Of a stretch of DNA of 64,000 nucleotides, positions 44,170 to 53,413 are shown in pieces. Position 1 is the stretch's first letter. Each line of letters starts with the position of its first letter. The stretch is from positions 288,001-352,000 of the forward strand of contig JBPOGH010000001.1 in the NCBI GenBank assembly GCA_051252135.1. Direction: 5' to 3'. The notes beneath the pieces are model-generated. The model made no database searches and was not told the origin of the DNA. It saw nothing but the letters and a program-made list of their open reading frames with translations. The translations under genes were made by a program, and so were the position numbers. This stretch comes from Verrucomicrobiaceae bacterium (GTDB lineage: Bacteria > Verrucomicrobiota > Verrucomicrobiia > Verrucomicrobiales > Akkermansiaceae).

Positions 44170-46154
44170 AATCGCCCCTCGATTCACAAGGGCTTGACGG
44201 AAACCTCTCCAGCTACCGAAAAGGCTGGAAGGCACTTAACCGCCTTCTCCATGAGAACAAATCCTTCAGTGGTCGCGAAACCAATAACGCCTTCCTGAAT
44301 TGCGGGGAAGGAAACTCCCGCTTCGCTGATATCTCCTCTGCAATCGCATGGGACTTTCCTGACGACGCCCGGGCCATCGGCGCCATCGATTGGGACTTTG
44401 ACGGTGATCTCGATTACTGGGTCACCAATCGCAGCGCTCCCCGGCTTCGGCTCCTCGAAAACACCCTTGCCAGCGACAACCACTTTGTAGCCTTCCTCCT
44501 CGAGGGAACTGCAAAGACAACCAATCGCGACGCCATCGGAGCTCGCATTGAACTTCGAATCAAAGGCGACCCCCGCCCCCATTTACGCACCTTGCACGCA
44601 GGTCACTCCTTCCTTTCACAATCCTCCCGTTGGGTTCATTTTGGATTAGGAGCAGGAAAAGAAATCTCTTCAATCACCGTGTCGTGGCCGGGTGGTGACA
44701 TCGAAAAATTCACCCCTCCGGCAGTAGACGGATATTTCCGGCTAAAACAAGGAACCCCTCAGCCAACCCCATTCGTCCGCAAACCGATTGCCCCTCTTGA
44801 GCCATCAATTCAGCCGGTGCCGCCGGGCACGCCCATCGCACGTATTATCCCCCCGGCCGGCCACATTCTTCCCCCTCTGGAGCTGGACGATGGTTCCTTG
44901 GATATCTCCTCTCCCGTTTTAATCCAACTTTGGAGCGGCTTGTGCAACCACTGCCAGGCTGAACTACCCCACTGGAAGGAATGGAACGATCGCATCCTCG
45001 TTTCCGCGGATATGAGCCCGGAATCAAAAGAAGCCTGTCGCCTCGCCTACGCTGCCGCCGGATTCAAGGACGAACCCCTTTTTGCCAGTGAGGACACCAT
45101 GATCGCCCTCGACGCGATTCAGTCCTCGTTGGTCGACCTCTGGGTCCCCCTTCCCGTCCCCAGCGCGTTCCTGGTCTCCGGCGATCGGGAAATCATCGCA
45201 ATCTATCGCGGCCCGATCGATCAGAATCAGGTCGAAAACGATAAAAAGCTCATCGGCACCCTGGACCGCCGAGATGCGGCAGCACCTTTCCCTGGAATCT
45301 GGATTTCCGAAGTTCCCATTGGAACCCCGTTGCGGGCGGCAAACCAGCTTCTTGAACGCGGGATGAACTCAGGGGCAATCAGCTACTTAAAAGAAGCCAC
45401 TCCCCGTCTTCACCCGAACCTCAGCCGATTCGAAAAAGGCGACACCCTGTTTACCCTTGGTCGACTCCTGGGCGCCAACGCGCAACCCAAAGAGGCTCTC
45501 CCCTTCCTCAAGCAATCCATGGAATTTCTTCCCGAAGACGTCCGCGTCGGACTTCTTTTGGCCCAAGCTTATGCAGATCTCGGTAACACGACCGAAGCAC
45601 TGCAGGCAAACTTGAAGACACTGACCCGTCACCCGGCCAATCTCGACCTTCTCAAGCAACGGTCGGCAATCTTGCACCGGTTGGAACAATGGGATTCCGC
45701 CGTCGAAACGGATCAGCGCATCGTCTCGCTCAACCCCCACTCCGGTGCTGCCATGGTTCGACTCGGGGAGGCTCTTCTCATGGCGGACAGACCCGGCGAT
45801 GCTCTCTCGCAGTTTAAGTCAACCCTCTCTAAACATCCGCGTGAACTTGCTGCTGCGGCCGCTCTTTCACGAATCCTCTCTAGCCATCCCGATGAATCGG
45901 TGCGAAGTCCGGACGAAGCTCTCGTCCTCGCTGCCCGCCTTTGCCAATTCACGAGGAACAAGAATGCTGAATTCCTCCTTACCAATGCCATGGCCCTCTG
46001 CAATCTCTCACGCTTCAAGGAAGCTGCGGAAGCGCTCGAGTTGGCAGTTGGAGGCCGCGAGCACCTCGGAAACATGAGCGTTCTTGCTCGAGAAACCTCA
46101 CAAGCCATCAAGGAACAGCGACCTGTAAGGCTGAAAAACCTACTGGCACGCTAA
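44163..46154 (+). CDS. ASPIC/UnbV domain + thioredoxin-like CxxC + TPR protein; C-terminal part of the probable selenoprotein
   Basis: SFSGRETN, DWDFDGDLD, NRDAIGARI, SFLSQSSRWVHFGLG (UnbV), WSGLCNHC, TPR helices; no signal peptide of its own. Confidence 0.85.
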   Translation: MSQSPLDSQGLDGNLSSYRKGWKALNRLLHENKSFSGRETNNAFLNCGEGNSRFADISSAIAWDFPDDARAIGAIDWDFDGDLDYWVTNRSAPRLRLLENTLASDNHFVAFLLEGTAKTTNRDAIGARIELRIKGDPRPHLRTLHAGHSFLSQSSRWVHFGLGAGKEISSITVSWPGGDIEKFTPPAVDGYFRLKQGTPQPTPFVRKPIAPLEPSIQPVPPGTPIARIIPPAGHILPPLELDDGSLDISSPVLIQLWSGLCNHCQAELPHWKEWNDRILVSADMSPESKEACRLAYAAAGFKDEPLFASEDTMIALDAIQSSLVDLWVPLPVPSAFLVSGDREIIAIYRGPIDQNQVENDKKLIGTLDRRDAAAPFPGIWISEVPIGTPLRAANQLLERGMNSGAISYLKEATPRLHPNLSRFEKGDTLFTLGRLLGANAQPKEALPFLKQSMEFLPEDVRVGLLLAQAYADLGNTTEALQANLKTLTRHPANLDLLKQRSAILHRLEQWDSAVETDQRIVSLNPHSGAAMVRLGEALLMADRPGDALSQFKSTLSKHPRELAAAAALSRILSSHPDESVRSPDEALVLAARLCQFTRNKNAEFLLTNAMALCNLSRFKEAAEALELAVGGREHLGNMSVLARETSQAIKEQRPVRLKNLLAR

Positions 46155-46298
46155 CTTAGCGCAGGTCGCCCCAACATGGGCTCCATAGCTCTACTTGCAT
46201 AAATTTGCGCTTGCTGAGCGGCCACATCAGCGGCTTTATTTGTAGTCCATCGTAAAAATGGAATGCACGCGCATTAATTTCCATAAAGTAAGCACACT

Positions 46299-49200
46299 AT
46301 GAACCCCAACAACCTCTTCAAACCCGTCTTTGGCCTCATCGGCCTCCTTTCAACGGGCCATCTGTCCGCCCAGTTTAATGCCGACCTCACCGGTTATTGG
46401 CCTCTCGACACAAATCTGACAGATGCTTCCAGCAACGGCGGAGACGGAACATTCGCTTCCAATGGCGTCTCGACCAGCCCCTCATTTACGTCCGGTGGAG
46501 TCGGTGCCGGAAGCGCACGATTTGGCGAAGCGATTCTCCTCACCGCAGCCAACGAAGAGCGCGTGAGCATCGACGGAGCGGGAAACCCCGGTTTTCTTGG
46601 CGAGGACACCTATGATTTCACTGGTGGCAGCACCACCATCTCTTTTTGGTGCTCCACCACTGCGGGGTTCACGAGCAGCTGGCAGGCCTTGGTTGCGAAG
46701 GGCGAAAACAGCGGATGGCGCGTGTCCCGACGTGGTGATGACAACGTTCTCGCCTACGCCGGAGGTTTCGGAAATGACAGTGCGGAAGGCACATCAGATG
46801 CCTCTGTCGGTCTCCATCACGTCGTCGCGGTCACCGATGCCGCCCGCGGAATTTATCTCTATGTCGATGGCCAGCTTGAATCATTCGTCCCCGGGAACCC
46901 TGCCCTCACTGATTCCGCCTCGTTCATGGAAATCGGAGGCAACCCCATTAACGGCGGAAGAACCCTCAATGGCACGATCGACGACGTCCTTTTGTTTGCC
47001 CGACCCCTCACCGGTCCTGAAGTCGCTACAATCTACAATAATGGAAACGGCACCGTGGGTTCCGATATTGTGACTTCCGCCGATGGCGACTCGGACGGCA
47101 TCCCCGATTTCTATGAAATCGCCAACGGCCTGAATCCCGCAGTCGACGATGCTGCCGGTGATCTGGATAGTGACAACCTTTCCAATCTCGACGAATACAA
47201 TGCCGGCTTGGGTGCAAACAACAATGATGCCGACGGAGACGGACTTTTCGACGGAGATGAAATTGCCAATAATGCCGATCCGTTGAATCCCGATTCCGAT
47301 GGTGACGGACTCTCGGATGGCGATGAAGTGAATATCCACTCCACCTTGCCGGATAACCCCGACAGTGACAACGATCAGGCAACCGACTTCGATGAAGTCA
47401 AAGCCAACACCGACCCCAATGACGATACGGACTTCCCCAGCTCGTGGAGCCTTGGACTGGTAGGCTATTGGAACTTTGACAACTCTCTTGCAGACACCTC
47501 CGGAACTGGCGCTGACGGCACCTTCATCAACGACACCGCGGGTTCCCCGGTCTACGCCCTTGGAAAGTTTGGCGACGGAATCTCACTCGACTCCCTCACA
47601 AATGACCGTGTGGAAATTCAATCGGTCCCCGAATCTACTTACGATTTCACCGGCGCTGACATGACCGTATCCCTCTGGTGCTCCACCACCGGATTCACCG
47701 AAAACTGGCAGGGAATTATCGCGAAGGGCGAAGGCACAAGCTGGCGGATTGCCCGTGCTGCGGGCACCAATCAGGCGTCCTTCAACCCCGGAGAATGGAA
47801 GCCCGATGGAGATGATATTCAAGGCGGTGACATTAGCGACGGCTCCCTGCATCACATCGTGGCCGTAACCAATACCGCAGGGACCGGCCAACTGTGGGTC
47901 GATGGAGTCAAAGTCGCAGAGACCACCGCTCCCCCCATCATCGGAAACACCTCCCTCAACATGCTCATCGGTGGAAACCCCGGTGCTGACGGTTTCAGAA
48001 CCTGGCCGGGAATCATTGATGATGTCGCCATTTGGGGGCGCCCACTCTCCGCTTCGGAAATCGGACGCATCTATGCCGGTGGAGGTGGAACGAGTATCAA
48101 TGGACTGATCAATGACCCGGACACCGATGGCGATGGCCTCCCCGATAGCTGGGAGATTGCCAACATGACAGACCGCTTGGTCGCGGACGCTGATGCGGAC
48201 CCTGACTTGGACCAACGCACCAATATTCAGGAGTTTCAAGACGGCACCAACCCTCAAGACGACGATTCGGACGACGACCTCCTAAAAGACGGGGAAGAAG
48301 CCACCGCCGGCTCAAACCCTCTCGTGCCGGACACAGACCGTGACAACCTCAGTGACGGTGACGAGGTGATCACCCACATGACCGATCCTACCCTCCATGA
48401 TACTGACATGGATGGATTCTCGGATTCCGTGGAATTGGAATATTCAACCGATCCCAATCTGGACACCAGCTTCCCCTCTCTCGATCAAGGACTTTTGGGG
48501 TATTGGCCACTCGATGAAGACTTCATCGATGACACCAATTCTGGAGGAGATGGAACATACTTTGATAACGCGGCAGGCAGCCCGGTCTTCCAAACCGGAA
48601 AATATGGCAATGCCATCCTCTTTGATTGGAATAACAATCAGTATGTCACGATCGACGGTGCAGGAGTCTCGACTCCTCCGGACTACACCCAGGCCGGAGA
48701 AAGTGTCTCGATCTCCGTTTGGAGCAGCGTGACCACCTTCTCGGAGAACTGGCAAGGCCTTGTCGCCCGTGGCGAAGGGTCCGCCTGGCGTGTTGCAGGT
48801 CGCGGCACCAATGGAAATAACACCGGGCAATATGCTTACGCCGGAGGCACCGGAGACATCGTTTCTCCATTGAGCTACGATGACGGACAATTCCATCACA
48901 TCGTGGCGGTCACCGAAAAGGGGTTCAACGTCCGCCTCTATATCGACGGAGTTAAGGTCTCGGATAGCGGAACCAACGCCCCCCTGCTTAGCGACAATAA
49001 CAACGCCAATAATATTCTCATCGGAGGAAACCCCGATGCCATTACCCGTTCCTGGAATGGCCTGGTGGATGATGTTGCGATCTGGGCCCGTCCACTCTCG
49101 GACACCGAGATTTCGGACCTCTTCATGGCAACCCAGTCTCTGGGGCAACAGTTGGGGCTGGGACTCAATCCCGAACTCAGAATCACCAACGTCACTAAGA

Positions 49201-49415
49201 ATAGTAACGGGACGGTCACCCTCACTTGGAATTCCAAGGATTCAGCCACTGCAAATTACGGGGTTTTCGCTTCAAATGACCTCTCTCTCCCTCTCGAGTC
49301 TTGGCTCGAGGTGATAGATGAAGTGCCCAGCGCCGGAGTGACAACAAGCTTCACAGTGCCATCCGACACCATCGGAGGTGCAGACAAGCTGTTTTTCTAT
49401 GTGAGAGAAAACTAA
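46299..49415 (+). CDS. Large exported protein with three LamG-like jelly-roll domains and Ca-binding DxDxDG repeats
   Basis: Three repeats of GYW.[LF]D...W..[LI][VI]A[KR]GE..WR...HH[IV]VAV...[LI][YW][VI]DG...IGGNP...DDV; D.D.DG..D..E spacers. Confidence 0.9.
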   Translation: MNPNNLFKPVFGLIGLLSTGHLSAQFNADLTGYWPLDTNLTDASSNGGDGTFASNGVSTSPSFTSGGVGAGSARFGEAILLTAANEERVSIDGAGNPGFLGEDTYDFTGGSTTISFWCSTTAGFTSSWQALVAKGENSGWRVSRRGDDNVLAYAGGFGNDSAEGTSDASVGLHHVVAVTDAARGIYLYVDGQLESFVPGNPALTDSASFMEIGGNPINGGRTLNGTIDDVLLFARPLTGPEVATIYNNGNGTVGSDIVTSADGDSDGIPDFYEIANGLNPAVDDAAGDLDSDNLSNLDEYNAGLGANNNDADGDGLFDGDEIANNADPLNPDSDGDGLSDGDEVNIHSTLPDNPDSDNDQATDFDEVKANTDPNDDTDFPSSWSLGLVGYWNFDNSLADTSGTGADGTFINDTAGSPVYALGKFGDGISLDSLTNDRVEIQSVPESTYDFTGADMTVSLWCSTTGFTENWQGIIAKGEGTSWRIARAAGTNQASFNPGEWKPDGDDIQGGDISDGSLHHIVAVTNTAGTGQLWVDGVKVAETTAPPIIGNTSLNMLIGGNPGADGFRTWPGIIDDVAIWGRPLSASEIGRIYAGGGGTSINGLINDPDTDGDGLPDSWEIANMTDRLVADADADPDLDQRTNIQEFQDGTNPQDDDSDDDLLKDGEEATAGSNPLVPDTDRDNLSDGDEVITHMTDPTLHDTDMDGFSDSVELEYSTDPNLDTSFPSLDQGLLGYWPLDEDFIDDTNSGGDGTYFDNAAGSPVFQTGKYGNAILFDWNNNQYVTIDGAGVSTPPDYTQAGESVSISVWSSVTTFSENWQGLVARGEGSAWRVAGRGTNGNNTGQYAYAGGTGDIVSPLSYDDGQFHHIVAVTEKGFNVRLYIDGVKVSDSGTNAPLLSDNNNANNILIGGNPDAITRSWNGLVDDVAIWARPLSDTEISDLFMATQSLGQQLGLGLNPELRITNVTKNSNGTVTLTWNSKDSATANYGVFASNDLSLPLESWLEVIDEVPSAGVTTSFTVPSDTIGGADKLFFYVREN

Positions 49416-49443
49416 TCCATTATTCTGACAGCAGGCTCAATTC

Positions 49444-49479
49444 AACTCCCGTGCGGAATATCTCCGCCCGGGAGTTTTT
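49444..49479 (+). terminator. Intrinsic terminator after the LamG gene
   Basis: AACTCCCG.GCGGA-atatc-TCCGC.CGGGAGTT plus T-run. Confidence 0.8.
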
Positions 49480-49520
49480 CTTTCTCAAAGCAAACAGAAT
49501 TTGCCACTGTCCGCCCATCG

Positions 49521-50504
49521 ATGGATCCCCAAGCACTTCAGGAACAAATATCGGAATCAGGACTCTGGGTTAACACCGTCAAACAGGAGGTTGGGCGGGT
49601 CCTTGTTGGGCAGGACAACCTGGTGGAAAAGCTCCTTATCGGCCTCCTCAGCAACGGTCACATTCTCCTTGAGGGCGTCCCCGGCTTGGCCAAGACCCTG
49701 TCCATTCGCGCCCTCGCCGGAAGCTTGAAAGCCCAATTTGCAAGGGTTCAATTCACCCCCGATCTTCTTCCTGCGGACCTCGTTGGCACGATGATCTATC
49801 ACCCCGATCAAAAATCCTTTGCTCCAAAATTGGGTCCTATCTTTGCCAACCTCGTCTTGGCTGATGAAATCAACCGGGCTCCCGCCAAAGTGCAGTCCGC
49901 CCTCCTCGAGGCAATGCAGGAACGTCAGGTGACCATCGGTGATCAAAGCTACAAACTCCCCGACCCCTTTCTGGTTCTCGCCACTCAAAACCCCATTGAT
50001 CAGGAAGGTACTTACCAACTTCCCGAAGCCCAACTCGATCGTTTTCTTTTAAAGATTCATGTCGATTATCCGGATAGAGACGAAGAACTCACTATCCTCG
50101 ACCGCATGGCATCCACCGCTGCCACTGATTACACCAATCCGGTTGTTGACCCCGCCACCGTTGCCGCCTCACGCAGCCTCGTCAATCAGGTCTACATTGA
50201 TCCGGCTGTTCGGGGATACATCGTCGACCTCGTCCAAGCTACCCGTGATGCGGGAAAATATGAAGGAGGCCTAAGAAGCCTGATTCAAGCGGGAGCATCT
50301 CCCAGAGCCACCATCAATTTTGCTCTCGCCAGCCGTGCCCGGGCCTTTCTCGACCAGAGGGCGTTTGTGACCCCCGCAGATATCAAGAATCTGGCACCTG
50401 AAATCCTGAGACACCGCATCCTGCTTTCTTATGAAGCGGAAGCGGAGGGCGTCACCACCGATGATGTCATTCAGCGACTCATGGGACGGGTTCCTGTCCC
50501 CTAA
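49521..50504 (+). CDS. moxR: MoxR-family AAA+ ATPase
   Basis: LEGVPGLAKT, QFTPDLLPAD, ADEINRAPAKVQSALLEAMQE, GASPRA. Confidence 0.95.
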   Translation: MDPQALQEQISESGLWVNTVKQEVGRVLVGQDNLVEKLLIGLLSNGHILLEGVPGLAKTLSIRALAGSLKAQFARVQFTPDLLPADLVGTMIYHPDQKSFAPKLGPIFANLVLADEINRAPAKVQSALLEAMQERQVTIGDQSYKLPDPFLVLATQNPIDQEGTYQLPEAQLDRFLLKIHVDYPDRDEELTILDRMASTAATDYTNPVVDPATVAASRSLVNQVYIDPAVRGYIVDLVQATRDAGKYEGGLRSLIQAGASPRATINFALASRARAFLDQRAFVTPADIKNLAPEILRHRILLSYEAEAEGVTTDDVIQRLMGRVPVP

Positions 50505-50620
50505 AGTCTCCGCAGCTAAAAAACCGGAACCTTGACGCATCTCCTGTTCCGGTCAGACTCCTTGGAATCTCGGAACGGAAATACCTCTTTCCAGTTCAGA
50601 GAACCCCTCCCCACACACAA

Positions 50621-51916
50621 ATGAAAAACACAAACTCTACAAGCAAGATTGCCGGCACACTTCTTCTGGGACTCGCCGCCGCAAACCCGGTCATGGGTGC
50701 TGGATTCCAACTCGCAGAACGTTCCGGTTCCGGTCTCGGGCGGGCATTCTCGGGTGAAGCCGCAATCGGCGACGATGCTTCCATCATCGCATCAAACCCC
50801 GCCGGCATGAGCCTCCTCGATGACATGTCATTCGCCTTCGGTGCCAATGTAATCATTCCCACCATCGATGTCACTGGAATATCCCCCAATGGAACCGCTC
50901 CCGGTTTTTCGCCGAACAACGACCAAAACGTCGCCTCAGATGCTCTGGTTCCCTACATGTTCATGAGCAAGAAAATCAACGACCAATGGACGGTTGGATT
51001 CGGCTCGTACACCACCTACGGATTGAAAAGCGATTATTCCCAGCAATTTGCCTCTCAGTCGGGAACAGATTTCAGTGAACTCTTTTCCTTCAATCTGAAT
51101 CCCGCTCTCTCTTACAAAGTGAATAACCAGTGGACCCTCGGAGCCGGTCTCGACCTCCTCTACGCCAAGGGAAACATCAACTCCAAGACTTTCCCGGCCG
51201 TGCCTACCGTCACTCCAGCCAATCAGGCATTCCTGGTCGGAACAAACCTCTTCAATCTCGAAGGAGATGATTGGGGCTTTGGTTACAATCTCGGAGTCCT
51301 CTACGAGGTCAATGAGGGCACCCGATTCGGTCTCCACTACCGATCCTCCATCGAATTGACTCTTAATGGAGCTTCCCAGGTCGGCCCGGCACTCGGTGGC
51401 CCGGTCATCCTCCCCACCACCTTGGATGTTGAAATGCCCGACACCATCGAGTTTTCAGCCTATCATGAGATCGATGATAAATGGGCCGTCCACGGGGACG
51501 TCATGTGGACCAACTGGAGCAAATTCCAAAGTCTCGCCCCAAAAACGGGGAATGCCGTCGTCGACGCTGCCGTCCGGATCGACGAAAATTGGACTGATGC
51601 CTTCCGCTTCGCCGTTGGCGCCACCTACAAGCACAGTGACCGTCTCACCTTCCGAACCGGGGTGGCCTACGATGAAAGCCCCGTGTCTACTCCCAACCGG
51701 ACCCTCCGCATCCCCGATGCGGACCGCATTTGGGCGTCGATTGGACTGACCTACAAACTCAACGACTGTTACAACCTGGATCTTGGCTACACCCACATTT
51801 TCGCGGACACAGCCGACATTCAGTTTGCAGCTCTCGGAGGTAATGAAGACGCGTTCCAGGGAAAGGCAGAAGGAAGCGTCGACCTCTTCGCGATTGGACT
51901 CAGCGGTTCCTTCTAA
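50621..51916 (+). CDS. fadL: FadL/OmpP1/TodX family outer-membrane transporter
   Basis: AGFQLAE.S.SGLGRAFSG..A..DDAS....NPAGM, IPDADR, C-terminal Phe. Confidence 0.92.
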   Translation: MKNTNSTSKIAGTLLLGLAAANPVMGAGFQLAERSGSGLGRAFSGEAAIGDDASIIASNPAGMSLLDDMSFAFGANVIIPTIDVTGISPNGTAPGFSPNNDQNVASDALVPYMFMSKKINDQWTVGFGSYTTYGLKSDYSQQFASQSGTDFSELFSFNLNPALSYKVNNQWTLGAGLDLLYAKGNINSKTFPAVPTVTPANQAFLVGTNLFNLEGDDWGFGYNLGVLYEVNEGTRFGLHYRSSIELTLNGASQVGPALGGPVILPTTLDVEMPDTIEFSAYHEIDDKWAVHGDVMWTNWSKFQSLAPKTGNAVVDAAVRIDENWTDAFRFAVGATYKHSDRLTFRTGVAYDESPVSTPNRTLRIPDADRIWASIGLTYKLNDCYNLDLGYTHIFADTADIQFAALGGNEDAFQGKAEGSVDLFAIGLSGSF

Positions 51917-51935
51917 CCCCCGATTTCCACTTTCC

Positions 51936-51972
51936 AAAAGCATGTTTTCCTCCGCGGGAAACATGCTTTTTC
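51936..51972 (+). terminator. Intrinsic terminator after fadL
   Basis: AAAAGCATGTTT...AAACATGCTTTTT. Confidence 0.85.
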
Positions 51973-52008
51973 TTTAGTCTCGGCAAACCGGCACTATTCT
52001 CCCGATGT

Positions 52009-52968
52009 ATGGCAGCCGCAGGAAAACGAAGAAATGTGACCAGCATTACCGTTCAGGAATTTCTGGATCGGCACGGCGAGTCTCTGGCTCTGACAATTGA
52101 TCATCCCGTCGTCGGGTTGGACCGGAAAATTCAGGAACCGGCTGTCAACCGCCCGGGATTGGCTCTTTCCGGATTCTTTACCTACTTTGCGACCAAGCGC
52201 ATTCAGGTTTTCGGAAATTCGGAGAATTCTTACCTCAAAAAGCTCTCCGATGAGCTCAAAGTTGAGCGATTCACCCAGCTTTGTGAACAAGACATCCCCT
52301 GTCTCATCATTGCCCGAGGTCATAGATTGCCCTCTGAATTAATCAAAATCGCCAACAAAAAAGGTATTGCCGTCATTAGCTCGCCAAGACCCACAATGCA
52401 GTTTCTCAACGAAGCCACCATTCGGCTCGAGCGCGACTTTGCTCCCCGCACCAGCCTGCATGGATGCATGGTCGATTATCGCGGGGTGGGAATTCTTATT
52501 ATGGGAAAGAGCGGATCGGGGAAGAGCGAGACTTCGATCGGGCTCCTGGAAAAAGGGGCCGCACTGGTGGCGGATGACGTCGTCCATATATCGCAAAAAG
52601 GAGGTGAATTGTTGACCAGGGCAAAGGACTTGGCCCGTGGATACCTCGAAATGCGAGGCATCGGCATCATCAACGTAGCCAATCTTTACGGCCTCTCGGC
52701 CATTCGTCCCGAGAAACGTCTTGATCTGGTTGTAGAGCTTAAGCCGGAAAACGATCTCAACAACGTTGACCGCTTGGGCCTCACCCAAAAAAAATACAAG
52801 ATTCTCGATACCGAAGTCCCCTTCGTTGAGATCCCCGTGGCCCCGGGTCGCGACACTGCCAGACTTGTCGGGGTCGCCGCCCTTGATTTCCAGCTTCGGC
52901 GTCTCGGCTACAATATGGCCGACGAATTCAATAAAAGGCTCCAGGAAGAGATGATGGATGGAGCCTAG
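52009..52968 (+). CDS. hprK: HPr(Ser) kinase/phosphorylase
   Basis: NRPGLALSG, LHG, GKSGSGKSE, LVADD, LEMRGIGII, IPVAPGRD. Confidence 0.96.
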   Translation: MAAAGKRRNVTSITVQEFLDRHGESLALTIDHPVVGLDRKIQEPAVNRPGLALSGFFTYFATKRIQVFGNSENSYLKKLSDELKVERFTQLCEQDIPCLIIARGHRLPSELIKIANKKGIAVISSPRPTMQFLNEATIRLERDFAPRTSLHGCMVDYRGVGILIMGKSGSGKSETSIGLLEKGAALVADDVVHISQKGGELLTRAKDLARGYLEMRGIGIINVANLYGLSAIRPEKRLDLVVELKPENDLNNVDRLGLTQKKYKILDTEVPFVEIPVAPGRDTARLVGVAALDFQLRRLGYNMADEFNKRLQEEMMDGA

Positions 52969-53070
52969 TTCAACCGGGTCACACCCATTCCTCACCGGGA
53001 CACCAAAGAAATGTCTTTTACCCTGCAGCCGTAGCCTCCACAATCTCCCCGCATCCCAGCAATTGATTTC

Positions 53071-53346
53071 ATGCCTCAGAAGGATTTTACAGTCACCAAT
53101 CAACTCGGAATTCACGCTCGCCCCGCAGCCCAGTTCGTTAAAATCGCGAACTCTTTTCCCTGCGAGATAAGAGTCGAGAAAGACGACGACGAAGTGGATG
53201 GAAAAAGCATATTGGGCCTGATGATGCTCGCAGCAGGCCATGGGTCGGTCATCACCGTCTCGGCGGAGGGTGAACAGGCCGAGGAAGCGCTCGCCGCATT
53301 GGGTGACCTGATCTCGCGTGACTTTGAAGAGGCTGTAACCAAGTAG
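53071..53346 (+). CDS. ptsH: Phosphocarrier protein HPr
   Basis: GIHARPAA (His15), DGKSILGLMML (Ser46). Confidence 0.96.
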   Translation: MPQKDFTVTNQLGIHARPAAQFVKIANSFPCEIRVEKDDDEVDGKSILGLMMLAAGHGSVITVSAEGEQAEEALAALGDLISRDFEEAVTK

Positions 53347-53413
53347 TTGTTTGGTTGCCTCATTCCCGTGATTGACCGGGAATCAAAATCCCGTCAATCT
53401 TTCCGGGTCTTCT

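Noticed and set aside
46144..46160. TGGCACG resembling a sigma-54 -24 box upstream of the LamG gene
   Set aside because: The downstream GC is 2 nt out of register (TGGCACGCTAACTTAGC), and the site lies largely within the upstream CDS.
47080..48480. Repetitive GAC/GAT-rich DNA considered as a CRISPR array or tandem repeat
   Set aside because: Repeats are degenerate at the DNA level and explained by Asp-rich protein motifs; no identical repeats with spacers.
50505..50620. Possible structured RNA upstream of fadL
   Set aside because: Only weak pairing and no recognisable riboswitch consensus; a covariance-model search would be needed.
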